Origin: an uncultured Actinomycetota bacterium | GTDB taxonomy: Bacteria > Actinomycetota > Actinomycetes > JAHEKZ01 | NCBI GenBank assembly: GCA_963829525.1 | Contig: CAWHIJ010000003.1 | Coordinates: 2,528,001 to 2,592,000 of the forward strand | Length of the DNA stretch: 64,000 bases | Direction: 5' to 3' | Shown: positions 20,159-29,547 of the stretch, piece after piece | Numbering within the stretch: position 1 is the first letter of the stretch | Layout: the number at the start of each line of letters is the position of its first letter | Program-made: the position numbers and the translations under genes | Notes under the pieces: generated by a model | Databases searched by the model: none | What the model saw: only the letters and a program-made list of their open reading frames with translations | What the model was told of the DNA's origin: nothing

Positions 20159-20809
20159 TTACCCGGCGAGGGAACGACCGAACAAGGCCTCGAGCTCTGC
20201 GGCGGTCTGCTCGTACTCCTGGTGCCACACTGCGACCAGTCCCAAGGCAGCCGCCGCTCGGATGTTGGCCTGGTGATCATCGACGAAGACGCAGGAGCCG
20301 GAGGGGAGGCCCAACTCAGCGAGGGTGTACTCAAAGATCGCTGGCTCGGGTTTGCGCATGCCGACCTCGCCAGAGATGACGACGACGTCGAACATGTCCT
20401 GCCATCCGTCTCTCAAGTACTGGTCGCCCCACGAGTTCGACAGCAGCGCGGTTCGGATTCCGGAAGCCTTTGCCCGGTGTACAAGGCCGGTCATGTCCGC
20501 AGCGTGCGCGAAACGGCTGAACATCCGCCCGACCAAGCCCTCGGCCAGGGGCGGAGTGCCGTCACGTCGGGTCAGGCGCCGCGCCAGCTCAGCCTCGAAG
20601 TCCGGCACCTCCAACTCGCCGCGTTCGAGGGCATGAACCGGGTTGAACCGCGCTTCAAAACCCCCGAAGTCACCGAACCACTCGGACATGGCGTCCTGGA
20701 AGTGTCCGTAGTCGATCTCGTCGAGGTCAGACCACGCCCGCATCGCTGTGTCGATGCCGTCGGTGAGGACCCCGTAGAAGTCGACGATTAGACCGCGCAA
20801 CTCGTCCAC
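20159..20809 (-). CDS. HAD-superfamily hydrolase (subfamily IA)
   Basis: DFYGVLT motif I, LLSNSW, GMRKPEPAIF, FVDD. Confidence 0.9.
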   Translation of the reverse strand: MDELRGLIVDFYGVLTDGIDTAMRAWSDLDEIDYGHFQDAMSEWFGDFGGFEARFNPVHALERGELEVPDFEAELARRLTRRDGTPPLAEGLVGRMFSRFAHAADMTGLVHRAKASGIRTALLSNSWGDQYLRDGWQDMFDVVVISGEVGMRKPEPAIFEYTLAELGLPSGSCVFVDDHQANIRAAAALGLVAVWHQEYEQTAAELEALFGRSLAG

Positions 20810-22055
20810 GGGACTGATAGTACGAACCCTCGGTGCTCAAGACCTGAGCTGCCAGGTTGTCGACACCTGCAGCGAATGGCGAGCGCGGGCTGTGCTCGAA
20901 AACCGCCACTCCTCGTGCAACGGCTCCCGCCACCCCTCCAACATCCTCGGGCAGCTCAACGGCGACCGAGAAGACCGACTCCTCGGCCATCACCTCCCGC
21001 ACGCGACGGGCTTGGGCTGAGGATCTGAGCTGGTTCAGCGCGACCAGCTGGTGTGCCGTGGGGGCCAGGTCTCGCACCTCCGGTAGACCCCGGAGGAACC
21101 GAGTCAGCCCGATCGGGTCCGGCCGACCGACACAGACGAGCACGTCAGCGGTGGCCAGGGTCGCTCGCGAAGCGCCGTAGCGGACCGGAGCACCTGGGTC
21201 TGCCCAGTCGAGATCGCTCCCTTCGACCCCGAAGCCGACGTCAACAACTGTCCATGCCACGGTGCCACGTGCACATTGCAGCAATGCATCGACCGACGCC
21301 GGACGCAGCTCTGTCCACCTATCGGCGGCTGGCAGCCCGACCAGCACTCGTGGACCTCCAGGCACTGAGACGGCCAACCCGGACAGACCCACCGGGTCGA
21401 GCCGACCCCGTGCGGCGTTCCGCACCGCAGCTGAGAACCCAGACGTGTCGTCGATCAGTCCCAACTGTTGGGCCACAGAAGGTCCGACCGTGTCCGCGTC
21501 GATCAGCAACACATCCTGACGATGTCGAGTGAGTGCAGCAGCCAGTTCAATCGCGACAGTTGTTCGCCCCGGAGCGCCGGCTGGTCCCCATACCGCCACT
21601 ATGCGCCCAGATGGAGCACAAAGGTCAGACGGAGCGACCACAGGAGTCGTCACACCAATGCCCTCGCCACGCAATGCTGCATCTAGCCCGGTCAGGCCCC
21701 GGTCGATGACAGCCGAGGCACCCATCGCACGCAGCGCGTCATCGCCTTGGTCGGCGACGACAATGCACCGGACACCGGTCGCGGCCAGTGCTGCTACAAC
21801 ATCGCGGTCAAGCCCCCGAAGTCCACCGTCGACGACGGCGACGTCAATCTGGGAGGTCGCCGCGACGGCACGGAGTTCGACGATGTCCCGGCAACGCCGG
21901 ACGACCGTGGCCGCACCAGGGGAGTCGTTGACCGCATGCACAATCGCTGACTCAGCTGATGCATCAGTCAACGCGGTCGCGACGCGCAGTGCCGCGCTGG
22001 GTGTCGCGCCGGGCGTCTCGCTGGGTGTCGCGCTGGGGGTCGCGCTGGGTGTCAC
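20727..22055 (-). CDS. CpaE/TadZ-like MinD/ParA-family ATPase with N-terminal receiver-like domain
   Basis: Deviant Walker A WGPAGAPGRTT, LIDADT, VVDVG; start overlaps the stop of the SAF-domain gene. Confidence 0.75.
   Translation of the reverse strand: MTPSATPSATPSETPGATPSAALRVATALTDASAESAIVHAVNDSPGAATVVRRCRDIVELRAVAATSQIDVAVVDGGLRGLDRDVVAALAATGVRCIVVADQGDDALRAMGASAVIDRGLTGLDAALRGEGIGVTTPVVAPSDLCAPSGRIVAVWGPAGAPGRTTVAIELAAALTRHRQDVLLIDADTVGPSVAQQLGLIDDTSGFSAAVRNAARGRLDPVGLSGLAVSVPGGPRVLVGLPAADRWTELRPASVDALLQCARGTVAWTVVDVGFGVEGSDLDWADPGAPVRYGASRATLATADVLVCVGRPDPIGLTRFLRGLPEVRDLAPTAHQLVALNQLRSSAQARRVREVMAEESVFSVAVELPEDVGGVAGAVARGVAVFEHSPRSPFAAGVDNLAAQVLSTEGSYYQSRGRVARSNRRLLRGPHRRHRHSDAGVV
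21994..22053. repeat. 5 x 12-bp tandem repeat (GCGCTGGGTGTC consensus) encoding TPSA repeats
   Basis: Direct reading of five units at the N-terminus of the CpaE-like ORF. Confidence 0.9.
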
Positions 22056-22732
22056 GAGGACCCCACCGGGACATCGACCAATGTCACCGTTCCGCGAGCC
22101 TGGGCGTCGACGACCGACGCGACCTGGTCCTCTGGCACCGATAACGCCACACCCATCTCCAGGCTCGCGCCGCCGAACGCACCGCCGTTGTCATCGACAT
22201 CAGCAACGGCCGCACCCGCCAGCACCATCCTCGGAGATCCGTCTGGCTCGCCAGCTGAACCCCGCTCGACGACGTACACGTCGACGCGATCGCCGACCTT
22301 GAGGTTCGCTGGCATTTGATTCCGGAGCACCGGGAGCGTGACCACTCGAACCTCACGGGAATCACCGACGCGATCGAGGCCCACCGCGGTCAGCAGCTCC
22401 CCCGAGGCGAAGTCCCGTCCGGCAACCATGCCCTGCGGAACGGGACTTTCAGCCGAGAGGTACGGACCGAGATCTGGCAACTGGACGCTGACCGCGACAA
22501 CGTCACCCGCGGAAACGGGACTTCCAGATGGCAAGTCGTCCTTGACCGACCAGACCGCGATCGTGTCGTCGGACGCGCCGATGACCCAGGCCATTCCGGT
22601 GACCGACGCCACCACGAGGACAACTCCGACGATCAGCCGCGGGTCGCGCCAGCGTCGACGTGCAAGTCGAGATCCCATCGGACTCGGCGGCATGGCCGAC
22701 GCTGCCAATGGCCCCGGTGATGTCATGGTCAT
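22052..22732 (-). CDS. SAF-domain CpaB/RcpC-like membrane-anchored protein
   Basis: RWRDPRLIVGVVLV TM helix, SAF-like DLPSGSPVSAGDV, LKVGDRVDVY; GGGGAG RBS before ATG 22732. Confidence 0.78.
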   Translation of the reverse strand: MTMTSPGPLAASAMPPSPMGSRLARRRWRDPRLIVGVVLVVASVTGMAWVIGASDDTIAVWSVKDDLPSGSPVSAGDVVAVSVQLPDLGPYLSAESPVPQGMVAGRDFASGELLTAVGLDRVGDSREVRVVTLPVLRNQMPANLKVGDRVDVYVVERGSAGEPDGSPRMVLAGAAVADVDDNGGAFGGASLEMGVALSVPEDQVASVVDAQARGTVTLVDVPVGSS

Positions 22733-22885
22733 GTCGACTCCCCCACGCTCGGTCGCGACGGCGATGATGCCCGACTTGCGACGTCCGAACCCTGATGTCC
22801 ACAACCCTTCCCCTCCAGCGGAGCAGCCATCAACACAAAGAGCGACCCTTCGTCACCGAACGCAGTGAAGTGACAGACTGGAGGG

Positions 22886-23170
22886 GTGACTCACCGCTTC
22901 CTCACTCTCGCCGATGTCGCAGAGATGCTGAATGTCTCTGCGTCACAGGCATACGCATTGGTGCGGAGCGGGGATCTGCGCGCCATCAAGATCGGTGGCC
23001 GCGGCCAGTGGCGCATTGAGGAGTCCGAACTCGAGCGCTTCATCGCCGAGCGTTACGAGCAGACCGAGCGGTTCATCGCCGAGCATCCGTTCGCGCGCGG
23101 GGATGAGAGCGACGCAGATGCCGACGCTGGCGGCGCCGAACAACGCTCGTCGCCTAGCGTTCGTCGGTGA
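22886..23170 (+). CDS. Excisionase-family HTH_17 (BldC-like) small DNA-binding protein
   Basis: FLTLADVAEMLNVS...LVRSGDLRAIKIGGRGQWRI; CAGACT -10 six nt upstream of GTG. Confidence 0.88.
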   Translation: MTHRFLTLADVAEMLNVSASQAYALVRSGDLRAIKIGGRGQWRIEESELERFIAERYEQTERFIAEHPFARGDESDADADAGGAEQRSSPSVRR

Positions 23171-23699
23171 AGCGATCTCCTACGATCCAACGCACAGCTG
23201 TGCTCGGAATGGTGAGTGAGCCTCCGAGGCCACCATCGAGCCTCAGCGCGAAGGCGTCGGACAGGACCTCGACCACCACGCCCGTCCGACTCGAGCCGTC
23301 GAGCAGCCGCACAGTGACGGCACACCGCATCTGGCCCCAACTGCGCAGCACCGCCCCCATGCGAGGGCGCGCGACCGGATCTGGATTGGCTCGGCGAAGT
23401 CCGGTCACCGTCAACACCTGACCGATCGGGACCAGGACGGCTCTACCGCCGGACTCGAGCAGGCACCAGTTGTCCCCTACCTCTGCAACCGTGCCACGGT
23501 GCCCGATCCCGTCACCGGTGACGATCTCCACGGCGCAACCAATGGAACCCGCGAGCAGGGCGCTCCATGGGGTCGCGGCCCGTTCGACCTGGACGCGTTC
23601 GGTGACGCCGGCGTCGTCGTCTCGGCGTTCGGACTCCACAGCCACCAGCTGGGCATCACTGGGATCACCTCGCTCGGCGCCCCATGGGTGGGAAGTCAT
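23154..23699 (-). CDS. Hypothetical protein with two small beta-rich repeats
   Basis: Internal similarity VEIVTGDG..HRGTVAEVGDNWCLL / VTVRLLDG..RTGVVVEVLSDAFAL; TACCTT -10 six nt upstream of ATG 23699. Confidence 0.7.
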   Translation of the reverse strand: MTSHPWGAERGDPSDAQLVAVESERRDDDAGVTERVQVERAATPWSALLAGSIGCAVEIVTGDGIGHRGTVAEVGDNWCLLESGGRAVLVPIGQVLTVTGLRRANPDPVARPRMGAVLRSWGQMRCAVTVRLLDGSSRTGVVVEVLSDAFALRLDGGLGGSLTIPSTAVRWIVGDRFTDER

Positions 23700-23883
23700 C
23701 TGCGAAAGGTAGTCACCGAACGCGTCATATGTGGGGCCAAAGCAGTTATCCACACCCGCGCAGAGCTCTGGCCAAGGGCCCTCCACCGTGCTTTGGTTGG
23801 CACCAGCAAATGAACGTTATCGCAAGCAAACATACGTTAAAGGCATCAAAGACACAAAGGCTCGATGGCCAAGGAGGCTGCTC

Positions 23884-24480
23884 GTGACCATTCCCGCTCC
23901 TCTCACCGCACCTTCGGAAGCCGACCACCAAACCACTCCACGAGCCGACGCCGGCGCGCGCTCGCCAGAGAGCCCGACTCACCGCCTGCGCCTCGTCGCC
24001 CCTCCAGTCTGGGCGGACGCAGCCCCGGCCCAGACCGCACAAATGCCCGGCCAGCAGACCCTTGGCCTGGAGTTTCTGCTGCCCAACGGCCTTCCAGCGG
24101 TCCCCCATGTCCCGGCCGCCATCGAAGAGTCGACGGGAAAGGAAGGGGCCGACGTCTCGCCGTGGGCGGCTCGCCTCGCTCAGGCCGTGCTCGAGGTCGA
24201 GGCTGCTGAGCGACCGGTCATGCAGCTGGGGCAGTGGGTGCTTCCATCGATCTATCGACGCCTCGACAGGCGTCAGAGACTGCGCGCCCGGCAGATAGAC
24301 CCTCGAAGTCCCCGCATTCGGTGCCCCGAGCACGTCCGGTCGGTGCACGTGTGTCAGCTCGCCCCCGACGTCGCCGAGGTGTCGGTCGTCACCGCCGGCG
24401 CCGACCGGTGCCGGGCGCTGGCCCTGCGGCTCGAACGTCGCAAGGGCCGGTGGATGTGCACGGCCCTGGACTGGGCCTGA
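23884..24480 (+). CDS. Rv3235-family protein
   Basis: LAQAVLEV...RPVMQL, RSVHVCQ...VAEV...RALALRLE...WMCTAL; AAGGAGG RBS before GTG 23884; near secA. Confidence 0.8.
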   Translation: MTIPAPLTAPSEADHQTTPRADAGARSPESPTHRLRLVAPPVWADAAPAQTAQMPGQQTLGLEFLLPNGLPAVPHVPAAIEESTGKEGADVSPWAARLAQAVLEVEAAERPVMQLGQWVLPSIYRRLDRRQRLRARQIDPRSPRIRCPEHVRSVHVCQLAPDVAEVSVVTAGADRCRALALRLERRKGRWMCTALDWA

Positions 24481-24502
24481 GGAAGTCCCCTCACGTCAGA
24501 AC

Positions 24503-24541
24503 GTCGTTGACCCCCGGGGCCAGGCCCCGGGGGTCAACGAC
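24503..24541. terminator. Perfect 18-bp stem hairpin between convergent genes
   Basis: GTCGTTGACCCCCGGGGC-CAG-GCCCCGGGGGTCAACGAC. Confidence 0.8.
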
Positions 24542-24575
24542 TCTGTCCCCGAATCAGTACTTGAGGTGCACCCAA

Positions 24576-25092
24576 TCAGGAGGCAGGCTGCCAAACCGTG
24601 TTGTTCAGCGGGCATCCCAAGTTGTTGTAACCGTCAAGCACGGTCGCGAGCGTCAGCATCTGGTCGCGGTTGCCACTGGCAAGCGCGGCGTTGACATCAG
24701 CCTGAATCGTGCCCGGCTCCCTGAAACGACGTAGTGGGTAGCCCACTCCTTCGTGCGCAGCGTTCAAGAAAGCCGCGGTGGAGGCGCGCATGAGAATCTC
24801 AAAAGCGCCGTTCAAGCCGGGGCCACCTTGGAAGCTCAGCGCGTCGCCGAAGGTGGCCGAGCCGTAGGTGGCCGAGAACTGGCCCAACTGGAAGGCCTTC
24901 CCCGGATCTGACAGCGACTGCAGAGGCGTTTCCGGCCTGTACTCCTGCCAGTTGTTGACGTGGTTCTTCCAGTAGCCGGGCGTACAGCCCTCGTTACTAC
25001 CGATGTTGGTCGCTGATGCCGGCGTGGCCAGCATCATCCCTGCAGCCATCGCGAGTGCAGCACGCGGCCGCGGCGATCTTGGTGAAACGCAT
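24576..25092 (-). CDS. Small secreted GCTPGYWKNH-motif protein; apparent frameshift in the signal peptide near 25063
   Basis: GAGGGGG RBS + ATG 25092 (MRFTKIAAA) is out of frame with AALAMAAGMMLATPASA-TNIGSNEGCTPGYWKNH...YNNLGCPL. Confidence 0.7.
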
Positions 25093-25288
25093 TTGTCCCC
25101 CCTCGGGAGCGTGAACGATTGAACGCTGCCCATCTTGATTGCTCTCCGTAATCAGAGCAATGCCCCATCCAGCGTTCGAGCGTCTGCTCATGACGACTGC
25201 ACAGCGGGAAGGAGGACTCATTGGTTCTGCTGGCGACGTTAGGGGGCCTTTGTGCACTGCTGCGAATCGCCAGGAACCATCGTTGACG

Positions 25289-28060
25289 TCAGGAGCGCCC
25301 CGGCGCGCCGTGACACTTCTTGTACTTCTTTCCGGAGCCACAGGGGCAGGGGGCGTTGCGGGGGGTCCCGGAGTACTCACCACCACTGCTCGCATCGGCC
25401 ACGACGGTCGGTCCGCCCCCACCACCATCCAACGTCGGCGCGCTGTACTGAAGCGGTTGCTCGCGGTGCTCCTCGTCCAGGCCCTTTGCGTGGATCTCTG
25501 GTGCCACCGCAAATGGCATAGACGCATCCGGCTGTACTGCAGCCGGTTGCTCGGGGGCTTCCTCGACCTCTACCTCGAGGTTGAAGACGAAACCAACCGA
25601 CTCTTCCTTGATTCCGTCCATCATGGCCGTGAAGAGATCGAAGCCCTCACGCTGGTACTCAACGAGGGGGTCGCGCGCAGCCATCGCACGCAGCCCAATT
25701 CCCTCACGGAGATAGTCCATCTCGTACAGGTGCTCGCGCCACTTGCGGTCTAGGACGGAGAGAACCACGCGACGCTCGAGTTCACGCATGGCGTCATGAC
25801 CGAGCTCCCCTTCCCTCGCCTGGAGTGCTTTGCCGGCGTCATCGCCGAGCTCGCTGATGATGAAGTCAGCTGACAACCCCGCACGATCGCCGCCAGAGGC
25901 TTGTTCCATTTGCTCCACGGTGACGCCGACCGGGTAGAGCGTCTTCAGCGCCGTCCAGAGCTGGTCAAGGTCCCACTCTTCGGGATACCCGTCTGACGTC
26001 GCGGCTTCAACATATTCCTCGACGGTGTCCGAGAGCATGTGCTCGATCTGGTCATGGATGTCTTCACCTTCGAGGACGCGCCTCCGCTCGGCGTAGATGA
26101 CTTGGCGCTGGCGGTTGAGTACGTCGTCGTACTTGAGGACGTTCTTGCGGGTCTCGAAGTTTTGCGCCTCAACCTGGCCCTGGGCGCTCTTGATGGCGTT
26201 GCTGACCATCTTCGCCTCGATGGGAACGTCATCGGGGATGTTGAAACGGGTTAGGAATGCGTCCACGACGTTGCCCTTGAACAGACGCATGAGGTCGTCC
26301 TCGAGCGAGAGGAAGAACCGCGTCTCTCCGGGGTCACCTTGACGCCCTGATCGACCTCGCAGCTGGTTGTCGATACGACGAGACTCATGGCGCTCGGTAC
26401 CGAGGACGTACAGGCCCCCGAGACCGACCACCTCTTCGTGCTCGGCCGCAACCGATTTCTTCGACTTCTCAAGAGCGTCGGGCCACGCTGCCTCGTACGC
26501 CTCGGCATCTTCAGCCGGTGACAGGCCGCGCTGGGCCAACTCTGCTGTTGCCATGAACTCAGGGTTCCCGCCGAGCATGATGTCGGTCCCGCGTCCAGCC
26601 ATGTTCGTGGCGACGGTGACCGCTCCTTTGCGCCCGGCCTGTGCGACGATTTGCGCCTCGCGCTCGTGGTTCTTGGCGTTGAGCACCTCGTGCGGCACCC
26701 CTCGGCGCCGCAGTTGACCCGAAAGTGTCTCGGACTTCTCGACGCTCGTGGTTCCGACCAGGACCGGCTGGCCCTTTTCATGACGCAAGACAAGGTCTTC
26801 GATCACGGCGTTGAACTTGGCGTCCTCGGTGCGATAGACGAGGTCAGGTTCGTCGGCTCGAACCATGGGGCGATTGGTCGGGATCGGCACGACGCCGAGT
26901 TTGTAGATCTGGTGGAACTCGTTCGCTTCAGTCATGGCCGTTCCGGTCATGCCGCCGAGCTTGTCGTACATGCGGAAGTAGTTCTGCAGCGTGATGGTCG
27001 CGAGCGTTTGGTTCTCGGCCTTGACCTCGACGCCCTCTTTGGCCTCGATCGCTTGGTGGAGCCCCTCGTTGTAGCGGCGTCCGGCCAGCATGCGCCCGGT
27101 GTGCTCGTCGACGATGAGAACTTCGCCGTTCATGACGACGTAGTCCTTGTCTTTCTTGAAGAGCTCTTTCGCGCGGATGGCGTTGTTGAGGTAGCCGATG
27201 AGGGGGGTGTTCACCGACTCATACAGGTTGTCGATCCCGAGATAGTCCTCGACCTTCTCAACACCCGCCTCGAGGATTCCGATCGTTCGCTTCTTTTCGT
27301 CGACTTCGTAGTGCTCCTCAGCGCGAAGTCGCTTCACCAGCTGGGCGAAGTCGCCGTACCACTTCGAGCTGGCGTCGGCAGGCCCGCTGATGATCAGCGG
27401 TGTACGCGCCTCGTCGATGAGGATTGAGTCCACCTCGTCGACGATGGCGTAGAAGTGACCGCGCTGGACGAGGTCGCCCTTCGACCACGCCATGTTGTCT
27501 CGCAGGTAGTCGAAACCGAACTCGTTGTTGGTGCCGTAAGTGATGTCGCAGCCATACTGGACGCGCCGCTCAGCCGGTCGCATCTTCGCCAGAATGACGC
27601 CCGTCTCGAGTCCGAGGAACCGGTGCACGCGCCCCATCCACTCCGAGTCGCGCTCGGCGAGGTAGTCGTTGACGGTCACGATGTGCACGCCTTCGCCCGC
27701 AAGTGCGTTGAGGTAGGCCGGCAACGTGGAGACCAGGGTTTTGCCCTCACCGGTCTTCATCTCGGAGATGTTGCCCAGGTGGAGCGCCGCGCCCCCCATG
27801 ATCTGGACGTCGTAGTGGCGCTGCCCCAAGGTGCGCTTAGCAGCCTCGCGCACAGCGGCAAATGCCTCAGGAAGCAGGTCGTCCAGCGTCTCACCGTCGG
27901 CAAGACGACGCTTGAATACGTCGGTCTCCTCGCGCAGCTCAGCGTCAGTGAGGCTAACGAAATCTTCCTCGATGGCGTTGACCTGATCGGAGATGCGGGC
28001 GAGGCGCTTGAGGATCTTGCCTTCGCCAGCGCGCATGAGCTTGTCAAAAAGAGCAGGCAC
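25289..28060 (-). CDS. secA: Preprotein translocase subunit SecA
   Basis: [46 protein letters not shown]-terminal [13 protein letters not shown]; start GTG 28060 after GGAG. Confidence 0.98.
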   Translation of the reverse strand: MPALFDKLMRAGEGKILKRLARISDQVNAIEEDFVSLTDAELREETDVFKRRLADGETLDDLLPEAFAAVREAAKRTLGQRHYDVQIMGGAALHLGNISEMKTGEGKTLVSTLPAYLNALAGEGVHIVTVNDYLAERDSEWMGRVHRFLGLETGVILAKMRPAERRVQYGCDITYGTNNEFGFDYLRDNMAWSKGDLVQRGHFYAIVDEVDSILIDEARTPLIISGPADASSKWYGDFAQLVKRLRAEEHYEVDEKKRTIGILEAGVEKVEDYLGIDNLYESVNTPLIGYLNNAIRAKELFKKDKDYVVMNGEVLIVDEHTGRMLAGRRYNEGLHQAIEAKEGVEVKAENQTLATITLQNYFRMYDKLGGMTGTAMTEANEFHQIYKLGVVPIPTNRPMVRADEPDLVYRTEDAKFNAVIEDLVLRHEKGQPVLVGTTSVEKSETLSGQLRRRGVPHEVLNAKNHEREAQIVAQAGRKGAVTVATNMAGRGTDIMLGGNPEFMATAELAQRGLSPAEDAEAYEAAWPDALEKSKKSVAAEHEEVVGLGGLYVLGTERHESRRIDNQLRGRSGRQGDPGETRFFLSLEDDLMRLFKGNVVDAFLTRFNIPDDVPIEAKMVSNAIKSAQGQVEAQNFETRKNVLKYDDVLNRQRQVIYAERRRVLEGEDIHDQIEHMLSDTVEEYVEAATSDGYPEEWDLDQLWTALKTLYPVGVTVEQMEQASGGDRAGLSADFIISELGDDAGKALQAREGELGHDAMRELERRVVLSVLDRKWREHLYEMDYLREGIGLRAMAARDPLVEYQREGFDLFTAMMDGIKEESVGFVFNLEVEVEEAPEQPAAVQPDASMPFAVAPEIHAKGLDEEHREQPLQYSAPTLDGGGGGPTVVADASSGGEYSGTPRNAPCPCGSGKKYKKCHGAPGRS

Positions 28061-28195
28061 GCGTGATCTCCGTGGTCGAGAAGGCAGGCATGGAACCGGC
28101 CCGATGGGACCAGGGGCCTGCAACGACCGCGGTGGCCGTCAAGGCTCATCGTAATCAATTGGTGACCTGGCGCTGCCCTGCGGCAGGCTGGGGTC

Positions 28196-29343
28196 GTGGA
28201 TGACGCCATCGAGCCGGTCGAGCTGCGCGCAGGTGACCTGCTGCTGCGCCCCTTCCGGCCTGGCGACGCCGACGCGGTGTTCGACGCCTGCCAGGACCCC
28301 GAGATCCAACGCTGGACCACTGTTCCGTCGCCCTACCCACGGGAGAGCGCCGAGTGGTTCGTGGCGTCCTGTGCCGACTTCTGGGCAGCCGAGACCCCCA
28401 CATTTGCCTGCGTCGACGCAGGCACCGGACAACTCCTCGGCGCGTTCCACCTTGAGGACTGTGCATCTGACGAGGGGCCAATGGTCGGTTTCTGGGTCGC
28501 ACCGGAAGCCAGGGGCCGCGGGGTGGCCCGGGACGTCACCCGTCGACTGGCCCGATGGGCCTTCGGCGACCTCGGACTCGCCAGGCTGCGCTGGGCGGCC
28601 TATGTCGGCAACACCCCAAGCCGCAGGGTTGCCGAGTCAGCCGGCTTCGTGATCGAGGGGACCGCACGACAAGGTCTGGTGCAGCGGGGCGATCCGGCGC
28701 GACGCCTGGGTCGGGTCGATGCTCCCCGAAGACCTGGCGCTGGCCGAGGCCAGGCCACGACCGCGGCCCAACCGCGTTCCCGACTGGCCGTATGCACCGG
28801 TCGAGCTGCGTACCGACGCGACTACTGCTGCGCGGCTTCCGTGACGAGGACGCCCCGGCGCTTCTGGCGTACGCGAGGGACCCGGAGGTGGTCGCCTGGG
28901 ACCACGAGCACACACCGGACCTCGACGCAGCCGTCGCCCGAGCCCGCAACCGCGCCGACTGGTCGTCTGGTCGGCTAGCTGCGTGGGCCATCGCCGACCT
29001 CGGCGACCACGAGGTGCTCGGTGGCATCGTGCTCTCCGACGTCGACGCGGTGGCCCTGTCCGCCGAGGTCGGCTACGGATTGATGCCCGACGCCCGCGGT
29101 CACCGGTACACCGCCGAGGCACTGCAGCGGGTCACCGAGTGGGCGTTCACCGAGACTGGCCTGCATCGCATCGAGCTGCGCCATGCGATCGGGAACCCTG
29201 CGTCGTGCGCCGTCGCCCGCACCGCAGGTTACGAGATCGAGGGAACGATGCGTCAGTCGTATCGCTTCGGTGACGGTCAGCTGCACGATGAGCACCTGCA
29301 TGCCCGCCTCCGCACCGACCCGGCGCCGCCGGCAAGTCGCTGA
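28196..29343 (+). CDS. Tandem RimJ/RimL-type GNAT acetyltransferase interrupted by two single-base frameshifts (~28694, ~28819)
   Basis: Domain 1 ...EGTARQGLVQRG, middle frame RRDAWVGSMLPEDL...PVELRTD, domain 2 RLLLRGFRDED...DEHLHARL. Confidence 0.8.
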
Positions 29344-29517
29344 GTACTAGCCGACCACCGGCTGACCCCGAGACCGATCGCCAACTGCTTGTCGAGTGCA
29401 CATCAGGTTGACGTCGCTGCTCGTCGAGTGCACCTTTGGGTGACGGATTTGGGCGTTTAGTGTGAAGTGAGGTGGGTCGAGTTTCGGCAGGCTGTGCCTG
29501 GGGAAACTCGATCCGTC

Positions 29518-29540
29518 TTGTCGGTGGTGGCTGGCAGAGT
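29518..29540 (+). promoter_or_regulatory. RecA-NDp / PafBC-type DNA damage-inducible promoter
   Basis: TTGTCGGTG-N8-CAGAGT versus consensus tTGTCRgtg-N8-TAnnnT (one mismatch), 7 nt upstream of ATG 29548. Confidence 0.7.
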
Positions 29541-29547
29541 GTGGTGC

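Noticed and set aside
22886-23170. Prophage or ICE implied by the excisionase-like gene
   Set aside because: No integrase, att-like repeats, tRNA or phage genes; the context is core genome
23746-23754. Replication origin suggested by the perfect DnaA box
   Set aside because: Isolated box, with no cluster and no dnaA/dnaN nearby
28690-28825. Programmed frameshifting or phase variation in the tandem GNAT
   Set aside because: No slippery heptamer or homopolymer tract; two isolated insertions fit sequence error or decay better
29391-29445. CRISPR mini-array
   Set aside because: Only two imperfect 23-bp units with a 9-nt gap, and no cas genes
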